Origin: Podarcis bocagei
Taxonomy: Eukaryota
Assembly (NCBI GenBank): GCA_964188305.1
Contig: OZ076885.1
DNA: 64,000 bases
Reading direction: 5' to 3' (one strand)
Below, piece after piece: positions 12,138-26,788 of the stretch. Positions within the stretch are counted from its first letter, which is position 1. Each line of letters starts with the position of its first letter. The notes under the pieces are model-generated. The model was not told where the DNA came from. It did no database searches and saw nothing but the letters and a program-made list of their open reading frames with translations. The position numbers were made by a program, and so were the translations under genes.

Positions 12138-12462
12138 CTTTAAAAGAAAAGACAGCAAAACAAATTATTTCAGCCACCTCTTATATTAAAGGTACAAATG
12201 CAGTGAAAATATTTAGCTGCACTTCAAAAGCCCTAATGATCAGGAGGAGACATTATGCAGCTAAGCACTGCAAAATCTGTCAGGCAGACTTAATATACAT
12301 TTAAATATCAGCTATAAATACAACAATTATATAAGAGCTTTCCCCATTATAAAAACAAGTAAAGAAGAAAAGAATGCATATTGAAGAAATAGCATTATGT
12401 CCATCTGAAAGTCCAGAGCAGTATAAAGTTACTCTCAAAGATGCATCTTGGAGCAGAACTTA

Positions 12463-12709
12463 AAGGTAAAGATAAAGGGACCCCTGACCATTAGGTCCAG
12501 TTGTGGCCGACTCTGGGGTTGCGCCGCTCATCTCAATTTATTGGCTGAGGGAGCCGGCATACAGCTTCCGGGTCATGTGGCCAGCATGACTAAGCCGCTT
12601 CTGGCAAAACCAGAGCAGCACACGGAAACGCCATTTACCTTCCCGCCGGAGCGGTACCTATTTATCTACTTGCACTTTGACGTGCTTTTGAACTGCTAGG
12701 TTGGCAGGA
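12463..12709 (-). mobile_element. Sauria SINE, 5'-truncated
   Basis: Sauria body with (ACCTTT)-type tail; 13-bp TSD ggagcagaactta at 12450-12462 and 12710-12722. Confidence 0.9.
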
Positions 12710-12966
12710 GGAGCAGAACTTAGACAAGAGTAATATCGAAGGATGTTTGTGGTTGCCCTAGTACAATCTATGCATGGTAACAAAAGTCTCCAATTGGATT
12801 CCCTTACTGGATTGGCTCCTGCATGCATCAAAATGGTGCCATCTAAAGGAAAGTGTCAGTGGGAATGACCTGAATCCATTTCTTAGGTTCTGTAAGGCCT
12901 GTGTGTTGTAGAATAGAATCAATTACAGGGGAGATACACATCTTGTATGGAGATTACTTTCTAGAG

Positions 12967-13102
12967 GAGGCATCCCCAACCTGCAGCCCTCCAGATGTTT
13001 TGGCCTACAATTCCCATGATCCCTAGCTAACAGGACCAGTGGTCAGGGATGATGGGAATTGTAGTCCAAAACATCTGGAGGGCCGAAGGTTGGGAATGCC
13101 TG
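12967..13102. mobile_element. Palindromic hAT MITE, same family as 7548-7683
   Basis: Near-identical internal sequence (ccagatgttttgg...acaggaccagtggtcagggatgatggg). Confidence 0.85.
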
Positions 13103-13400
13103 TAATCTAGAGCTTTTGAAATAATGTGGTAACTGGTCTGTGTGTACTCAGCCATCATCACTCTGTCAGCTTACATAGTAAGAGGACAGGACATTCTAGA
13201 CTTAAATATACAAGCACAGGAGGATTTTGAGAGAACAGTGATACATGCTGCAAAATGTATCATTGGAGTGATGTCCATATTTAAGATCTAAACAGGCCAC
13301 CGAAGATCTAAACAGCAGTAAGATCTAAATATCAGTAAAGTGATATTACGGACATTCAAGAAAAATCTATTCATACGTAAATTAAGATAAGGTACAACAC

Positions 13401-13403
<3 letters not shown>

Positions 13404-13465
<62 letters not shown>
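13404..13465. repeat. (AC)n(AG)n compound microsatellite
   Basis: Seen directly. Confidence 0.95.
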
Positions 13466-13732
13466 TTCCCAAATAACAAATTGCTCTCCATTGTGATTTA
13501 ACTCTTCATGCTTTCTGTAATTAAACATCATTTTGTGTCACATCTATTTCAGTTTTCAAATGCATCTGTTGAAGGACAAGATAGCAGTACATAAAGTTAA
13601 TATTTTATTAGTAGAGTAATTTAAAATGAACTAGAGAAGGAATAATGCATTTGTAACCGACAGAGGGCTTTGTAGCTACACTCTTCTCTAAATGTTAAAA
13701 TATATCTACATTTTTAACAGTAAAATACTTAC

Positions 13733-13773
13733 TATAAGAACAGCTGCAATAGGTATTGCTGCATTCATGAAAA
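13733..13773 (-). CDS. ABCC8: ABCC8 exon 11 (41 nt)
   Basis: (I)FMNAAIPIAAVLI; cag/GTAAGT. Confidence 0.95.
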
Positions 13774-14216
13774 CTGCAAGTAAAACAAATATATTTTACC
13801 GATTATTTCAATATACTTAGGCTTCATACATCTCTACATGCACTTCACTTTTGTATCTATAACAGTTCTTTCTGGTTTTCTTTTTCTTTTTATCTGCCTA
13901 GGTTTCATCCTGTCTTGTTTGGATGCTGCCCTTTTAGTTAGGATATACTGGAACTGTCATTATAGTGTTTTGAGTTAGTGGGGGATCCCCAGATCCCTGG
14001 GTGTCAGGTCCCCCCCTCCTAGATTCTTGGATGCTGGGGTTTAATCAGAGCTGAAAAGCTGAGCTTGTTTTTCTGTCAGACAGAGGGACAAAGGGAGATG
14101 ATGGCCCTGTCATTAATCCATCTACAAGACAAAAGACCCTGCAGGTAAACAAGGCGGAGGTTGTCAGGGCAATGTGGGTGTGATGCGGCCACACAGAAAA
14201 AGCTGTCCCTTTACAC

Positions 14217-14406
14217 CAGGCATGTCCAAAGTCCATTTCGGGGGCCTAATCCGGTCCGCTGGTCAACTTAATCCGGGGGTAATTTTTTTTTAAAAAAGCT
14301 CAGCAACGTCAATCCTAAAAAAGACTCAACAACTTTGGTCGGCCCTCACGCATGTTCACTTCATCATCAAATCTGGCCCTCTTTGAAAAAAGTTTGGGTA
14401 CCCCTG
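14217..14406. mobile_element. hAT MITE
   Basis: cagg...cctg termini; 8-bp TSD ctttacac. Confidence 0.85.
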
Positions 14407-16533
14407 CTTTACACAGATGGGTTTTTTTTGGCAAGGTTTTATAGGAACAAGGAGGAGGAAATAGGGAGGAGGCTGGGGGCCATAACTTTGGATCCAAGCT
14501 CACTGAAGCTATGAGAGAAGCAATGAGGGACACTCCTGGCATGTAGTGCTCTTCACCCCCTCCACTGAAGGTTCCAGGTGTTTTTGCTGGCATCCATCTG
14601 CCTCAAGAGACAATGGAGTGCACCTCTGGGGCTGAAGTCAAACCACCCTGTTAAAGTGACTGTAAATATGTGTAAACTAAACCAGACATTAGCTCCACAG
14701 TGCCTTGATTCCACAATGGAAACTCAATACAGGGCGAGTGCCTGGTACCTCCTGGAATTTTGCTACCACTCAGCAGAGATTGGGGGGGCATGTAATAATA
14801 CAAATGAAAAATGGCAATAAAATAAAAAGTAGTCATTTCCTGGAAACATTGACCTGACCGTCTGTGTACCCAGAACACAATGGCTTTCCTGCTGTGCCTA
14901 GTCAAATCACTGTAGTGTTTAGAGGTTATTATCCCCAGATGGCTGGGGAATGGAACAAATGCTTTTTTGCCTTGGGTTCACTTTTAAATTTGTCATTAAC
15001 AAAAATTATCTCCTGTAGTGTGACTAATTATTCCTTCATAAGCATTGCCCAAACTTCTTACTAATTTGAGCAAGCAGTAACCATGTCTAATTACTCAATG
15101 TATCTCAACAACACAATGCATTTCTGGCGTTTTGTTTGACTTCTTGGTTCATTCTGTAATCTTGTTGCAGCAGCTAAATATAAACAGGAAATGTTTCAAA
15201 ATTGAGTGAAATTAGCTGCAGATTGTGCAGAATGAGAGATCATCATCAGCAATACAATCCTTCAGTCTTCAGTAATAATATAAACATGAATCTCAATGTC
15301 CTTTGATTTGATTATGTATTATTTTACATGATCATCATCCATAAAATTGGAGTTTCCACATCACTGTTCACACTTACTTGGAAATAAGCCAATTGAACAT
15401 CTGAATAGACATGCATATAGGACTAACTGCACATAAATCAGAGCATGGTGTCAGCCTCTCAGATCAGCTTGCCATCAGTTCAGAGCTGCCAAGCACTCAT
15501 ATTGAAAGCTGGCACCATATGCCCATGTGGATGGTAAGGGTGGGGGCTCTGAATAATTGCTTAATTTGTACTGTCATTTAAACATTATTTATTGTGTATG
15601 GTTTGGGGCAATCTATATGGTAAGAGTAAACTTTATGTGCCCTCGTGTGAACTGGTCCAAATTCTTGTTGGGTGTGTGTGTATTTACATGGTAGCATGGT
15701 TCCAAAGGAAGCTCCTCCTGGCATGCATATACTTTTCAGGACAGGCATATGTGGGCAGACATTTAAATATTGCATCAGGGAAGAGAGTTTCAGCCACCAG
15801 CCGCAGGCATTTAAATTGGCCCTCAGAGGCTTGCCAGGAAATGCAAATCAATTACTGTACTATTAAATGTTTGTCTCCTCGTTTTCACATTATTTCTTTA
15901 AGAACTTGAGATTCTTCCAGACTTGGTTTCACTGGCAAATGCAAAACACAAATGCAAAACCACTATAAATTATGGATTGTAAATGAAACACAATTTACGT
16001 CTATCACTCTATTTATACCTTGTTAAGTGGGGGGAAAACAACTATTTCTGTCTCCCTTACAGTATCAAATTCTGAACTGGTATGAAACCAGTTTTTCCTT
16101 CAGTGACAGTCCTGATTTAAATAAGCAAGTGACACTGACTAGTGACTCAGCTATACAGCTGCAACTAAAAATATATATAAAAATAAAAAAGTTGTCCAGT
16201 AGCACCTTAGAGACCAACTAAGTTTGTTCTTGGTATGAGCTTTCGTGTGCATGCACACTTCTTCAGATACTGACTAAACTAAAGCTGCAACTAAGCTGCT
16301 ACTAAAACATTTTGTGTGTGTTTTAAGTGCAATATACAATGTGACACTGGATGGCAATGGTGAGCATTATGGAAAATTCAATGTGTTTTTAAAAAAGCAC
16401 TCTCATAATGGTTTTTATATGTATGCAGGTTCCACCTAAGTGAGATGCTGCTGGACTAAGGCTGGAGGAAATGTGCTTATAGCTAAAAAATAATGAGGCC
16501 AGTGACTTCATGCTCAAACCTGCCATATGAGTA

Positions 16534-16771
16534 CAGTGGTACCTTGGTTCTCGAACTTAATCCGTTCGAGTCCTGAAACCATTCGAATACCAAGGCGTGT
16601 CTTCCAATTGGCTGCAGGAATTTCCTGCACTCAAGCAGAAACTGTGGAAACCGTGTCAGATGTTCAACTTCCGAAAAACGCTTACGAACCAGAACATTTA
16701 CTTCTGGGTTTGCGGTGTTCGGGAGCTGATTTGTTCGACAACTAAGCCGTTTGGAAACCAAGGTACCACTG
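16534..16771. mobile_element. Tc1/mariner (Tigger-like) MITE
   Basis: TIRs cagtggtaccttggtt/aaccaaggtaccactg; TA TSD. Confidence 0.88.
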
Positions 16772-16944
16772 TATAAATTTTGTTCATAACTTAAGGCTGT
16801 GATCAGGCCCCAAACACAGAGAGAACCATACGCACATACAGTTTGTATGAGGGTGGCCTCTGTTCCTACCTTAAAAGGAAGATGCATATGTCAATGGGCA
16901 TGGCCTACTGCTGTGCTTCTGTTCACAGCCAAACATACTCACTG

Positions 16945-17247
16945 GGGGCTCATCCAGACCTCCTTTTGCACCAGACTTTCTAGGCACATGTCTGAGCTTT
17001 AAAATTCTGTGTCCAAACAGTTTTTTGTTTTGTCCTGGCAGTTTCCCCGGACAACTGGCATTTTATCACTGAATCGGAGCCAATGGCAATCCATAGAAAA
17101 TCGGATTGCCCTTTGCTCTGATTCAGCATTAAAACATGGGTTTTCCTGGCGAAAGGACTAGGACAACAAAACCAAACTAAACCCTGGAGCTTTAAAGCCT
17201 GGGCATGTGCCTAGAAACGTAGCACAAAAGGAAGTCTGGATGAGCCC
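16945..17247. mobile_element. GGG-terminated palindromic MITE (Harbinger-like)
   Basis: gggctcatccagac ... gtctggatgagccc; related copies at 1697-1910 and 30011-30251. Confidence 0.65.
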
Positions 17248-18238
17248 TAGCACTGAGTGGATCAACTGAAAAGGACTTTAATCGTCAAGGCCATAGTGAG
17301 CAGCTCTATACTATTTGTGGCAACCATTTCTGTCTCAGATACACCCATGTTATATGGCACAGAGGCTGGATCTAGACACATCCAAAAAGAGGTTTCAGGA
17401 AAATGTGTTGAAAACCTCATAATGGGAAATCATGTTGGCGAAAGACAGAAGTCTACAGCACCATCTGGTGTCACAGTGTTATAACGCATTTAAAATGCCC
17501 CCCCCCTTTAAACTAATGTAGCTGAGTCCAGACACATAATTGTGACATTTAAAGAATGAGGTAGAAATAATATGTGAAATCTTTAATTTATCATTATGGT
17601 CCCATGTTATATCTTACAAACATTTCTATACTGCCTTCATTAAAAACAATCCCATAAAATAATAACCCCATTAGTATTTTGAATCAAGATTTAGTGTCAT
17701 AAATTTATGACACTTGTGCTACTTCAATATGCTGAAACTTTAAAGCAATGCTTTTCAAAAAGCAGAGACATGTAAGGGCAGTACATTCCAGGAACCTTTA
17801 CCAACTATCCTTTTCTCATGGGAGTCAGCTACATGGATTTATTTTTCCTTCTTTGACCTCAACTGCTCAGAAAGTATTAACTATACTGCAAAGGGCATAG
17901 GAAAGTCAGAGGCTAGGGTATATATATGGTGCTTGGACACGGACCTTTAATTCAGGGGCTGTGCCTGGAGAGAGTGGAGGAAGGGTAAGAATAGATAAAC
18001 CCAAACTCTAGTTCAGACTCTAGTTCCTGCATTCAGTTGCCAGGAGGTTCAATACTTAAATGGACTGCATAAACCTTTTCCAAACACAATAAAATGTATT
18101 TGTGCTACTGGCAGTTCTGTTGGTATATTAGAACTGGAAATAGACTCTAAAAGCTGCAGCACCTTTAAATGGCATGTACACTCATAGTTATACTGAGACA
18201 AAAACTGATACTGGGACAAAGTCAAGCAATATACTTAC

Positions 18239-18401
18239 TTGATATGGAGGTATAGAGAGCAAAAGCTCTGAGGCTAGTCATTTCTTTTTGCCGGGTTTCC
18301 TCCACACTGCTGTGAAATATGTGTTCCCAGGCGTAGAGCTTAAGGAGTTTTATGCCTCGAAGCATTTCATTTGTTTTCTTAAGCCTCTCATTGGAATATT
18401 C
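18239..18401 (-). CDS. ABCC8: ABCC8 exon 10 (163 nt)
   Basis: [29 protein letters not shown]...AFALYTSIS; cag/GTAAGT. Confidence 0.97.
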
Positions 18402-18510
18402 CTGAACCATTGACACAAACATTAATTTAAGGAGGATTATTGCAACACTGCAATACTTATCTAAGGATACACACTATGCTAATACAAATTGACTACAGAT
18501 GTTCTTGCAT

Positions 18511-18759
18511 GCCAGTGTGGTGTAGTTGTTAAGAGCGGTAGTCATGTAATCTGGGGAACCGGGTTCGCGTCTCCACTCCTCCACATGCAGCTGCTGGGTG
18601 ACCTTGGGCCAGTCACACTTCTTTGAAGTCTCTCAGCCTCACTCACCTCACAGAGTGTTTGTTGTGGGGGAGGAAGGGAAAGGAGATTGTTAGCCAATTT
18701 GAGACTCCTGAAGGGGAGTGAAAGGCGGGATATCAAATCCAAACTCTTCTTCTTCTTCT
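18511..18759 (+). mobile_element. tRNA-derived squamate SINE with L2-like 3' end and (TTC)n tail
   Basis: A box tggtgtagttgttaagagc, B box gggttcgcgtctcc, core ctgggtgaccttgggccagtcac, simple-repeat tail. Confidence 0.8.
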
Positions 18760-18908
18760 ATACACAATATAGAACTTGCGTGTTCTGCTTTCCAGTAAAA
18801 CCCATTACTTGCTCTTCAGTTTCACTTTGATATCTCTGGATGGGAGGTTATCCTTGCACATGGAAGTATTTATGTGTACAATTTTAAAGATTTTTATGCT
18901 GCCTTTCA

Positions 18909-19298
<390 letters not shown>

Positions 19299-19759
19299 TT
19301 AAGGGATAGAATTTTAGCAATCCATTAGTCCCAAATCTGACTCAAAAGTCTCATAAACTCCAAATCTTCATTGAGACATTACTACAAACAACACTTTTGG
19401 GGGTGAACTACTGTTAAAAATCAAAATGATTCACTCAATATACAAGATTTTATAGGTTGTGGAGATATTTAGGAAAAGAGTTTGAAATTCCCTGAAGCAA
19501 ATGATGTTGATTTTAAAATCTAAAATTTGCTCTAGATATCAGTCGTAGCAGCAGGCAGCATCTCCTGATTTCATTCATTCAGCTACCCATTAGGATAGGA
19601 GTAACAAAAACAATCTATCATTCAAATGGAACCCTGAGGCTGAGAGATCCAGCTTGCTTCTGAATAGTGAGTGGGAAGCTAAACTATTCCTCCCTGCACA
19701 GCCACCTTCCCTTCAAAACAAAAGTGGCAAACATTTGTTTGAAAGCATGCTTAAGAGCA

Positions 19760-19928
19760 TGTAGTCTGGCTCAGCGGTAGAGCATCTGCCTTGTATGCCG
19801 AAATTTCAGATTCAGTCCCCAGCATCTCCAGGTGGGACTGGGAGAAGCATCTGTCTCAAACTCTGGAGAGCATCTGCCAGTCAGGGTAGACAATACTGAG
19901 CTAGCTGGACAAATGGCCTGACTGTATT
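19760..19928 (+). mobile_element. tRNA-derived SINE (Squam3-like), degraded
   Basis: tggctcagcggtagagcatctg head; ...gtagacaatactgagctagctggac body. Confidence 0.7.
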
Positions 19929-20921
19929 CACCAAAGACAAAAGCATTTTTAGATTGCATGTTCTCAAAAACCACAAGAAGTTCAGATTTTAACTGTCCCA
20001 GTTGACACCTGTCCCATTGTATGTCCATATACATGTACAGTCGTACCTCAGAAGTTGAACGGAATCCATTCTGGAAGTCCGTTCAACGTCTGAAATGTTC
20101 GGAAACCAGTTTCCAAAAGAACGTTCAAAAACTAACACTCACTTCAGGTTTTCGATCGTTTAGGAGCCGGAACAACATTAATAGTTGAAATATAGCAGAC
20201 GTTGGTGAGGTAGCAGAGGCAATGAATAAAAATAGGCAGCTGCCACTTATTGACATCCAAGGGTTAAGGCAGCCACCATATTTTTACCTCTTTCAGACTA
20301 AAAGGGCAATGCAAACCCCAACTACTGAGTGGTGATGTTTTTCAGAACACTGTGGCCACTGCCATATCTGCAGTCCTGCTATCAATGGTGGTTGGGCAAG
20401 AAGAGCAGAGGTAGGACCATCCGTGAGCCATGACTGGACCCAATGCTCTCATGCGATGGCAGCCAAACTGGCTCAGGAGCCAATGGCTCCAAGTCGGGCT
20501 CAACCCCTTCCCCATTCTTTCTTTAGAAGGCCCCATTTGGTGGCTTTCTGCTGGCTGCTGCTGGAAGTGATCCTGCTGGTGGCACTTTCACCCACCCTTT
20601 TGGTGGAAGGCCACCTTAGCCAGGCAGAGGCAATTCTGCTTCAGCTCAGTACAAGGGCTTATTACTGTTACTATTACTATTATTATTACTCTGCAATTTG
20701 ATGACAAGGAGCCACAGCTTTGTTTTTTTCCTCAGGTTATTTTCAATAACAACAATTTTTTTAAATAGATGTGCATTTCCCCAGCAACAATATTTTGAAT
20801 ATCATGAGTCTCTATATCCCAGTCTCTATATCCTACACAAGTACTCTGTTGTGCCACATACTGATACCCTGTAATAACTCTCACACACCAAATTTATCTC
20901 CATTTACATGGACTAAAGTTA

Positions 20922-21098
<177 letters not shown>

Positions 21099-21721
21099 CT
21101 AGAATGAGAAATTTTTTATTTAAGAATTTATAAACCATTTCCCACTTAAATGTTTTTGAACTGGTGTACACATGTTTCATGTGGTAGAATAAGTGGCTTT
21201 TAAGCTTACAAATAAATAATGGTTGCTTATTTGAAATATAGGGTGTTAATGGTGTTTTATTTTTATAGTATAGGAACACAAGCTATGTTTATTAAGTCAG
21301 ATGTCATCTATCAATCACAGAGGACCCATAAGACAGCTGCAGGCTTCTGTAGGAGAAAGCAAGGATATGAAAGATTGTCACATAACCAGGAGACTATAGA
21401 ACAAAGCGAAATAAGACGAACATCCTGGCATGTCAGAAAAATCCTGGCATACCTGGAGATAAGGTGATTTTATGGGATATAGATTATATGACATTTAAAT
21501 TGAAGCATGATTCTATTTTATGCACAAATCAGATACAGTTCATAAGGTTTATTATTTTTTTAAAAAAATGTATTTTTTTTTACCCAAGGTTGTTTAAAGT
21601 TTTCTTTCTTTTTTCCCCTTTTGATTGGTGGCGTTTGTTAGAAACATGCTCCTTTACTCAAAAAGTTAAAGAAGTGATTGTATAGCTCATTAGGTAAAAG
21701 TTTCTGGATTATCTGAAATAC

Positions 21722-21886
21722 CTGTATTGCTCCTCTTAGGTTAATTCCTGTTTCAATGGCAACATAGTACGATGCTTGGAGAAAAGTTCTCTGCAACAGA
21801 AGGGCAAAGAAAAGGAGGACTGCCAATACATAAGCATTGGCCAGGAATTCTTGGGATGAAATGAAGTAAACACCAAGTATTTTGGT
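21722..21886 (-). CDS. ABCC8: ABCC8 exon 7 (165 nt)
   Basis: [55 protein letters not shown]. Confidence 0.97.
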
Positions 21887-24800
21887 CTGTTGGGGGGGGG
21901 GGAGAGAAGAAGGCAATTCAGAATTAATTTTGCTTTTGTATAGTTCTTTATATAAATAGAGTTCTCAAACATTTGAAACTGCAACAATGACTCGAATAAA
22001 ATATTCCAGCGATTCAGACAATCCTTTTATTGAATGAGAGACAATGCTAGGAAGAACCAAAGAGAAAGTCAAGATTGAAGACCAAATGGCAGGTCAGTGT
22101 TGGGGAACCCCAAAGCTCAGACAGATAATGATGTCCAGAAGCCCTCGTATTCTTTCCTGTCCAGGAGGATTCAATGGTCAGCCCGGGTGGGTGGAGTCCA
22201 GGACCTAGGTGGTTCTCCAGATGCTCTTGGACTACAACCCCCACCATCCTTCACCACTGGCCATGCTTGCTGGTATGGATAGGAGCTATAGCTATAGGAG
22301 TTGCAACCTCCAGTCTGGTAGCTCACCATATATGGGACCCACACCAGATCAGAACCTCTGGAAGCTCCTGACATGAGTCCCCAGCCAAGGACTGTCCATA
22401 CTGGGTTGCCACCTCAATAAAGTCAAAATGTGAGTGTTGAGAAGGTGACTATCTGATCATAGCTATGAGATCTTCTTGGCATTCCTAGTCCTTGAACCAT
22501 CTGTCACCAGGGCAGTACAGAGAATAAAATTTAAAGTATATCTCCCTCCCTACATGTATCCAGCAAGGCATCATGTGATAAATAGTCATTATAGAACACA
22601 GTACTGTAAATACTGTAAGTACTGGAGCTCTGAAGTCTCCCTTGGCCTATTCAGAACTATGCAACTTTGCAACCTGAACACAGGTTTAGCCAGACAACCT
22701 ATCAAAGATATCTATCTGCTTGCTTTTCTTAACAAGATACGTGGTATCTTTCAGAAGCATAAAACATAAGCTTTAAATCTGGAGGCAAGAAATTTAGATA
22801 TTCTCAAAATTAAGCCTGTCATGGCAGTTAAAAATGTAGCAGCTCTTTTGATCATTTGATCTTCATAGATGATTTGCAATATAACATGATCACTTGCTGG
22901 TTCCTCAGCAGTAGAAAAGCAATGTTAAACATAGTGAGTGAATGGCAGTGACAGAAGCTTAGCATTTGAGGTTTACTTGTCAAGACTTAAGTAGCTGCCC
23001 TTGAGAGATGCTAAGGAGACTGCATGTGATGTGGTGTTAGTTTTGTGTTACAATACTCTTATCAAGAATAATCTTGAGAAGTAGATATTCAAGAAGACCA
23101 AGTTCTCCAAGATGACTTTGTTTCACTGGCTATTGGAAAATGAGAGAATTCTTTGGAATGTATATACTCAGTCCTGTGCCTGCATTAGAAAGAGGTTTCC
23201 ACAGTGCTCAGCAGTGCACTGTTTCCCTTCCTCCTCCCTCAGCATCCACCTTGGGAACCTTCAATATCTTACTCCAGAGAGGAAGAAAGCAAGAGCTAGA
23301 GAGCAGTAAGGGAACCAAACAATCCCCACAATGACCCAACATCCTTCATGAAGCCGTGTACTTGCACCAAGAGAACAAAGGGGTACACAGCTCTACTGAG
23401 CCCCATGGAAATCTTGTCATGTGTAATTCTTGTGCCCATAGGGGGCTGCACCTTGCTTATAGAATCTGACCAGATAAACTGATGATCCAAATTGCACATA
23501 ATCTCATCAAATTGGGGAAAGATATGTTCAAAACCAAGGTGTTTCATGTTGGGGAATAAAGGACACATAATCCTTTATGACTGGTGGGAAATTATTCAAG
23601 ATGGTGAAATAGACAATTCTGTTAGATCAGATCATAATTCCTTTACAATTTAAATTTACCCATCGAATGAATTTGATTAACCGTCTGAGAAGCTGTTAAC
23701 CCTGGTTTAAATGGTAATGTTATTTACTATATCACTTTTCCTCCCTGAGGTAAAAGTTTGAAAGTTTGTATCCTTTCAAATATATGTTGTTTTGATTTGG
23801 CTAGCAATCAGCTCCTTTGTATCTCAAAATCTATTCCTGAACTACTGACAAATTAAGTGTGATCTATAGATATATGAATGGTATATGCTTTTATTTTAAA
23901 ATGTATTTTGCTTAAATATTTACCTATGCCAGGGGAGAGGTAAGATCCACCACAAATGATGTGATTGAGATTAATACATGTTTAAAAGGCATATGAGAGG
24001 AATGTGACATGCCATCCTCAATATGCAGAAGGTTAGACAAATTACACTGAATGCTGATATCAGAGAATATTTTCTAGGTGGACATTTATAATAATGTGAA
24101 AAGTGCATAACATAGCAGCTATAATAAAATTTCATTTAGTCCAACTCCCTGTGAACACCCCTGACAAGAAGTCATCCAAACCTTTGCTTGAAAACTTCTA
24201 ATAAGTCCACCACCTTCTAAAGTAGCCTGTTTCGTTGTTAAACTGCACATACTAGCATGGAGTTCTTTCTAATACATTGGTACCTCAGGTTAAGAACTTA
24301 ATTTGTTCTGGAGGTCCATTCTTAACCTGAAACTGTTCTTAACCTGAGATACCACTTTACCTAATGGGGCCTCCCGCTGTTGCTGTTGCACCGCCACTGC
24401 GCGATTTCTGTTCTCATCCTGAAGCAAAGTTCTTAACCCAAGGTACTATTTCTGGGTTAACGGAGTCTGTAACCTGAAGCAAGTAGAGTGCAAGTCCCAC
24501 CTGCAATGGTAGTTACATGCACCAAAAAGAACTCCTCCCAGGTAGGTTACCCAACTGTATCTTCTGATCAATTGCATGGAAGAAGGGACAGTTCTATCAC
24601 CTGTGGCTGGATATTGAGATAAAGGGTTTTAGTCCCACACACACTGTAAGCATTAACTAATTTATCAATCCCATAATGTTTGTGTTATCTCTACAATAGC
24701 TTTGTGAATGACTTTTGTTAATAATGTAATTTTCATTGTCTGCACCTTATTCATTTTATTTTCCTCTGACCTCAGTGTTTAGAATCCCAACCTCTGCAAC

Positions 24801-25833
24801 TATGTGCATATATATCGGCAACTTAGGAAAATACTTCATGCATCTGATGGAGATGAAAGCTTTTGTGGCAACAGATAGAACTTAGTCTTTAAGGTGCCAC
24901 AAGGCTCGCTGTTGTTTTTGCTGCAACACACAATCCTTCAGGTAATACGTTTATTTTTCATTATTCAGTAATGAATAATTTCTGGGTCAATATGCTGAAC
25001 TTCAGTTCTTGATGCTTCCCAGCTACAGCATAGAAAAGGTAACCCCTTGAAATGCCTCCAGTAAGTACACTAACATACAGAAGAAAGGATGAAAACAGCA
25101 GCATATTGATTGATTTAGAAACATAAAATTAGTTCTTCATCCTCAGCATAGGATATCCATTTCCATTCCATTATGGCAGCAGATGCAAACCCATTAACAA
25201 CAGTAGAAGTCTTTCAATCAAACTGGCTTGTTTATGAGTCTTTTTAAAGAGACTGCAATGCATTAACTAGCAATAAAAACACACCATGTTGTTAGTACTA
25301 ATTCATAACCACATGCTTGCTTTGGATCTGTATTCTGCAGAAGAACTGCTTCCTCCCCCAATCCCTGCAGGGTACCCCAGAAAATCACAGTCTTCATTTT
25401 TTTTTATTGAATATAATGTCCTGAGATAATAGCATCCCCATGTGTTTTTTTATTTTATCTCTCTAAAGATTCTGATGGAAATTCTTTGTCGCAGTGAAAT
25501 CTGCTTTTTTGTTACTGCTGTTAAAAAGATACTGTTTAGAGCAACTTCCTTTCCATTCTTCAGCTTCTTCAGTATAGAATTATGCAGGTGCTAATCAATA
25601 GAAACCTTCCTTGCTTAAAAACATCCCTGCTCAAGTTAGTCATGTGTTTAACTTGAACACTTGGGCCTACAAAAGCATGGGGTTAACACGGTACAGTTTT
25701 GTTTATGGCTACTCTTTTTTGGCTTAAGTGTCACATTCACCTTTGGCCAACTGTGCAAGAAAGTGAGCTTGACAGTACTATGTTAAGAGAAGGCTAATAA
25801 AGAAGTTAAATAATAACAATACAAAAATAGTAC

Positions 25834-26025
25834 CTTGGGGCGGATGGTGTTGTTGCTGCCTTTTCCAACATGGTGAACAATTCCAGAGATACACAGTGGG
25901 CCAGCAAATCCAAGCAGATCTGCCAGAATACGGAAAGTGCTGCTTAGGACCAGTGGTCTTCCGAAGGCATTACAAAGGGCACGCCAGATAGACTTGGATC
26001 CTTGTGGATTTGGAGTGTTTTTATT
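25834..26025 (-). CDS. ABCC8: ABCC8 exon 6 (192 nt)
   Basis: [50 protein letters not shown]...IRPK; cag/GTACTA. Confidence 0.94.
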
Positions 26026-26545
26026 CTGTCATATATATAATTTAAAGAAAAATTGCTTTGAATGGGAAGAATGTAATATTCCAAAGTGATAAGTGATATT
26101 CACAAATCATTTTCATAAGCCTCTCACTTGACTTATCAATTTATCATTAATTTTTAAAGTACCTAAAATTTACTTAGCACTGCACACAGGTCTACCACCT
26201 AAAAGGCATGGCACAAAAGGAAAAGTGGGAATAAAAAAAACAAGCAAATATGCACCGATGGAATAATTGTGCTGTTACAAGCAGTGCATTTAAAGCTGAG
26301 CCAAAGAAACAAATACTAGTAAAAAATTTCTTACATAAAAGGATTTTAGACACCGAACAGTTTGAGAACATTGTGGGCCAAATTTCCAATCCTTATTCAT
26401 TTTGATAGGTGCTTAAGAGAAGTGAGACAGTTTTCTACTGGACTGTAGGTATGAGCATTCCATTGCATGCATGGAGTTCTTCTGCCTGCATTCGTCATGT
26501 TTAAAGCCAGAAACACAGTTGTGGGTAATCCTTTTCTATTCATAC

Positions 26546-26788
26546 CTTTGGAGATTCAAAGGCCTCATTCAGGCACATGTAATTTGTCAAAGCTCTCATG
26601 GCAATAGGCAGCTTTCCTATGGCTTTCAAGTCTATTGGTTTCTTGTGAGCTGTTTTAATGAATGCATTCATCCACCAGTATGTTCCTTTGGACAACAAAT
26701 TCACAAAAGGTTGCAAGAATCTGACTCCAAGATCCTGAAGGTCCTCAGGAGGCTTAACTTCCTTGGGCGTTTTGAAGAAAACGTATCT
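26546..26788 (-). CDS. ABCC8: ABCC8 exon 5 (243 nt, L0 linker)
   Basis: [41 protein letters not shown]...EAFESPK; tag/GTATGA. Confidence 0.97.
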
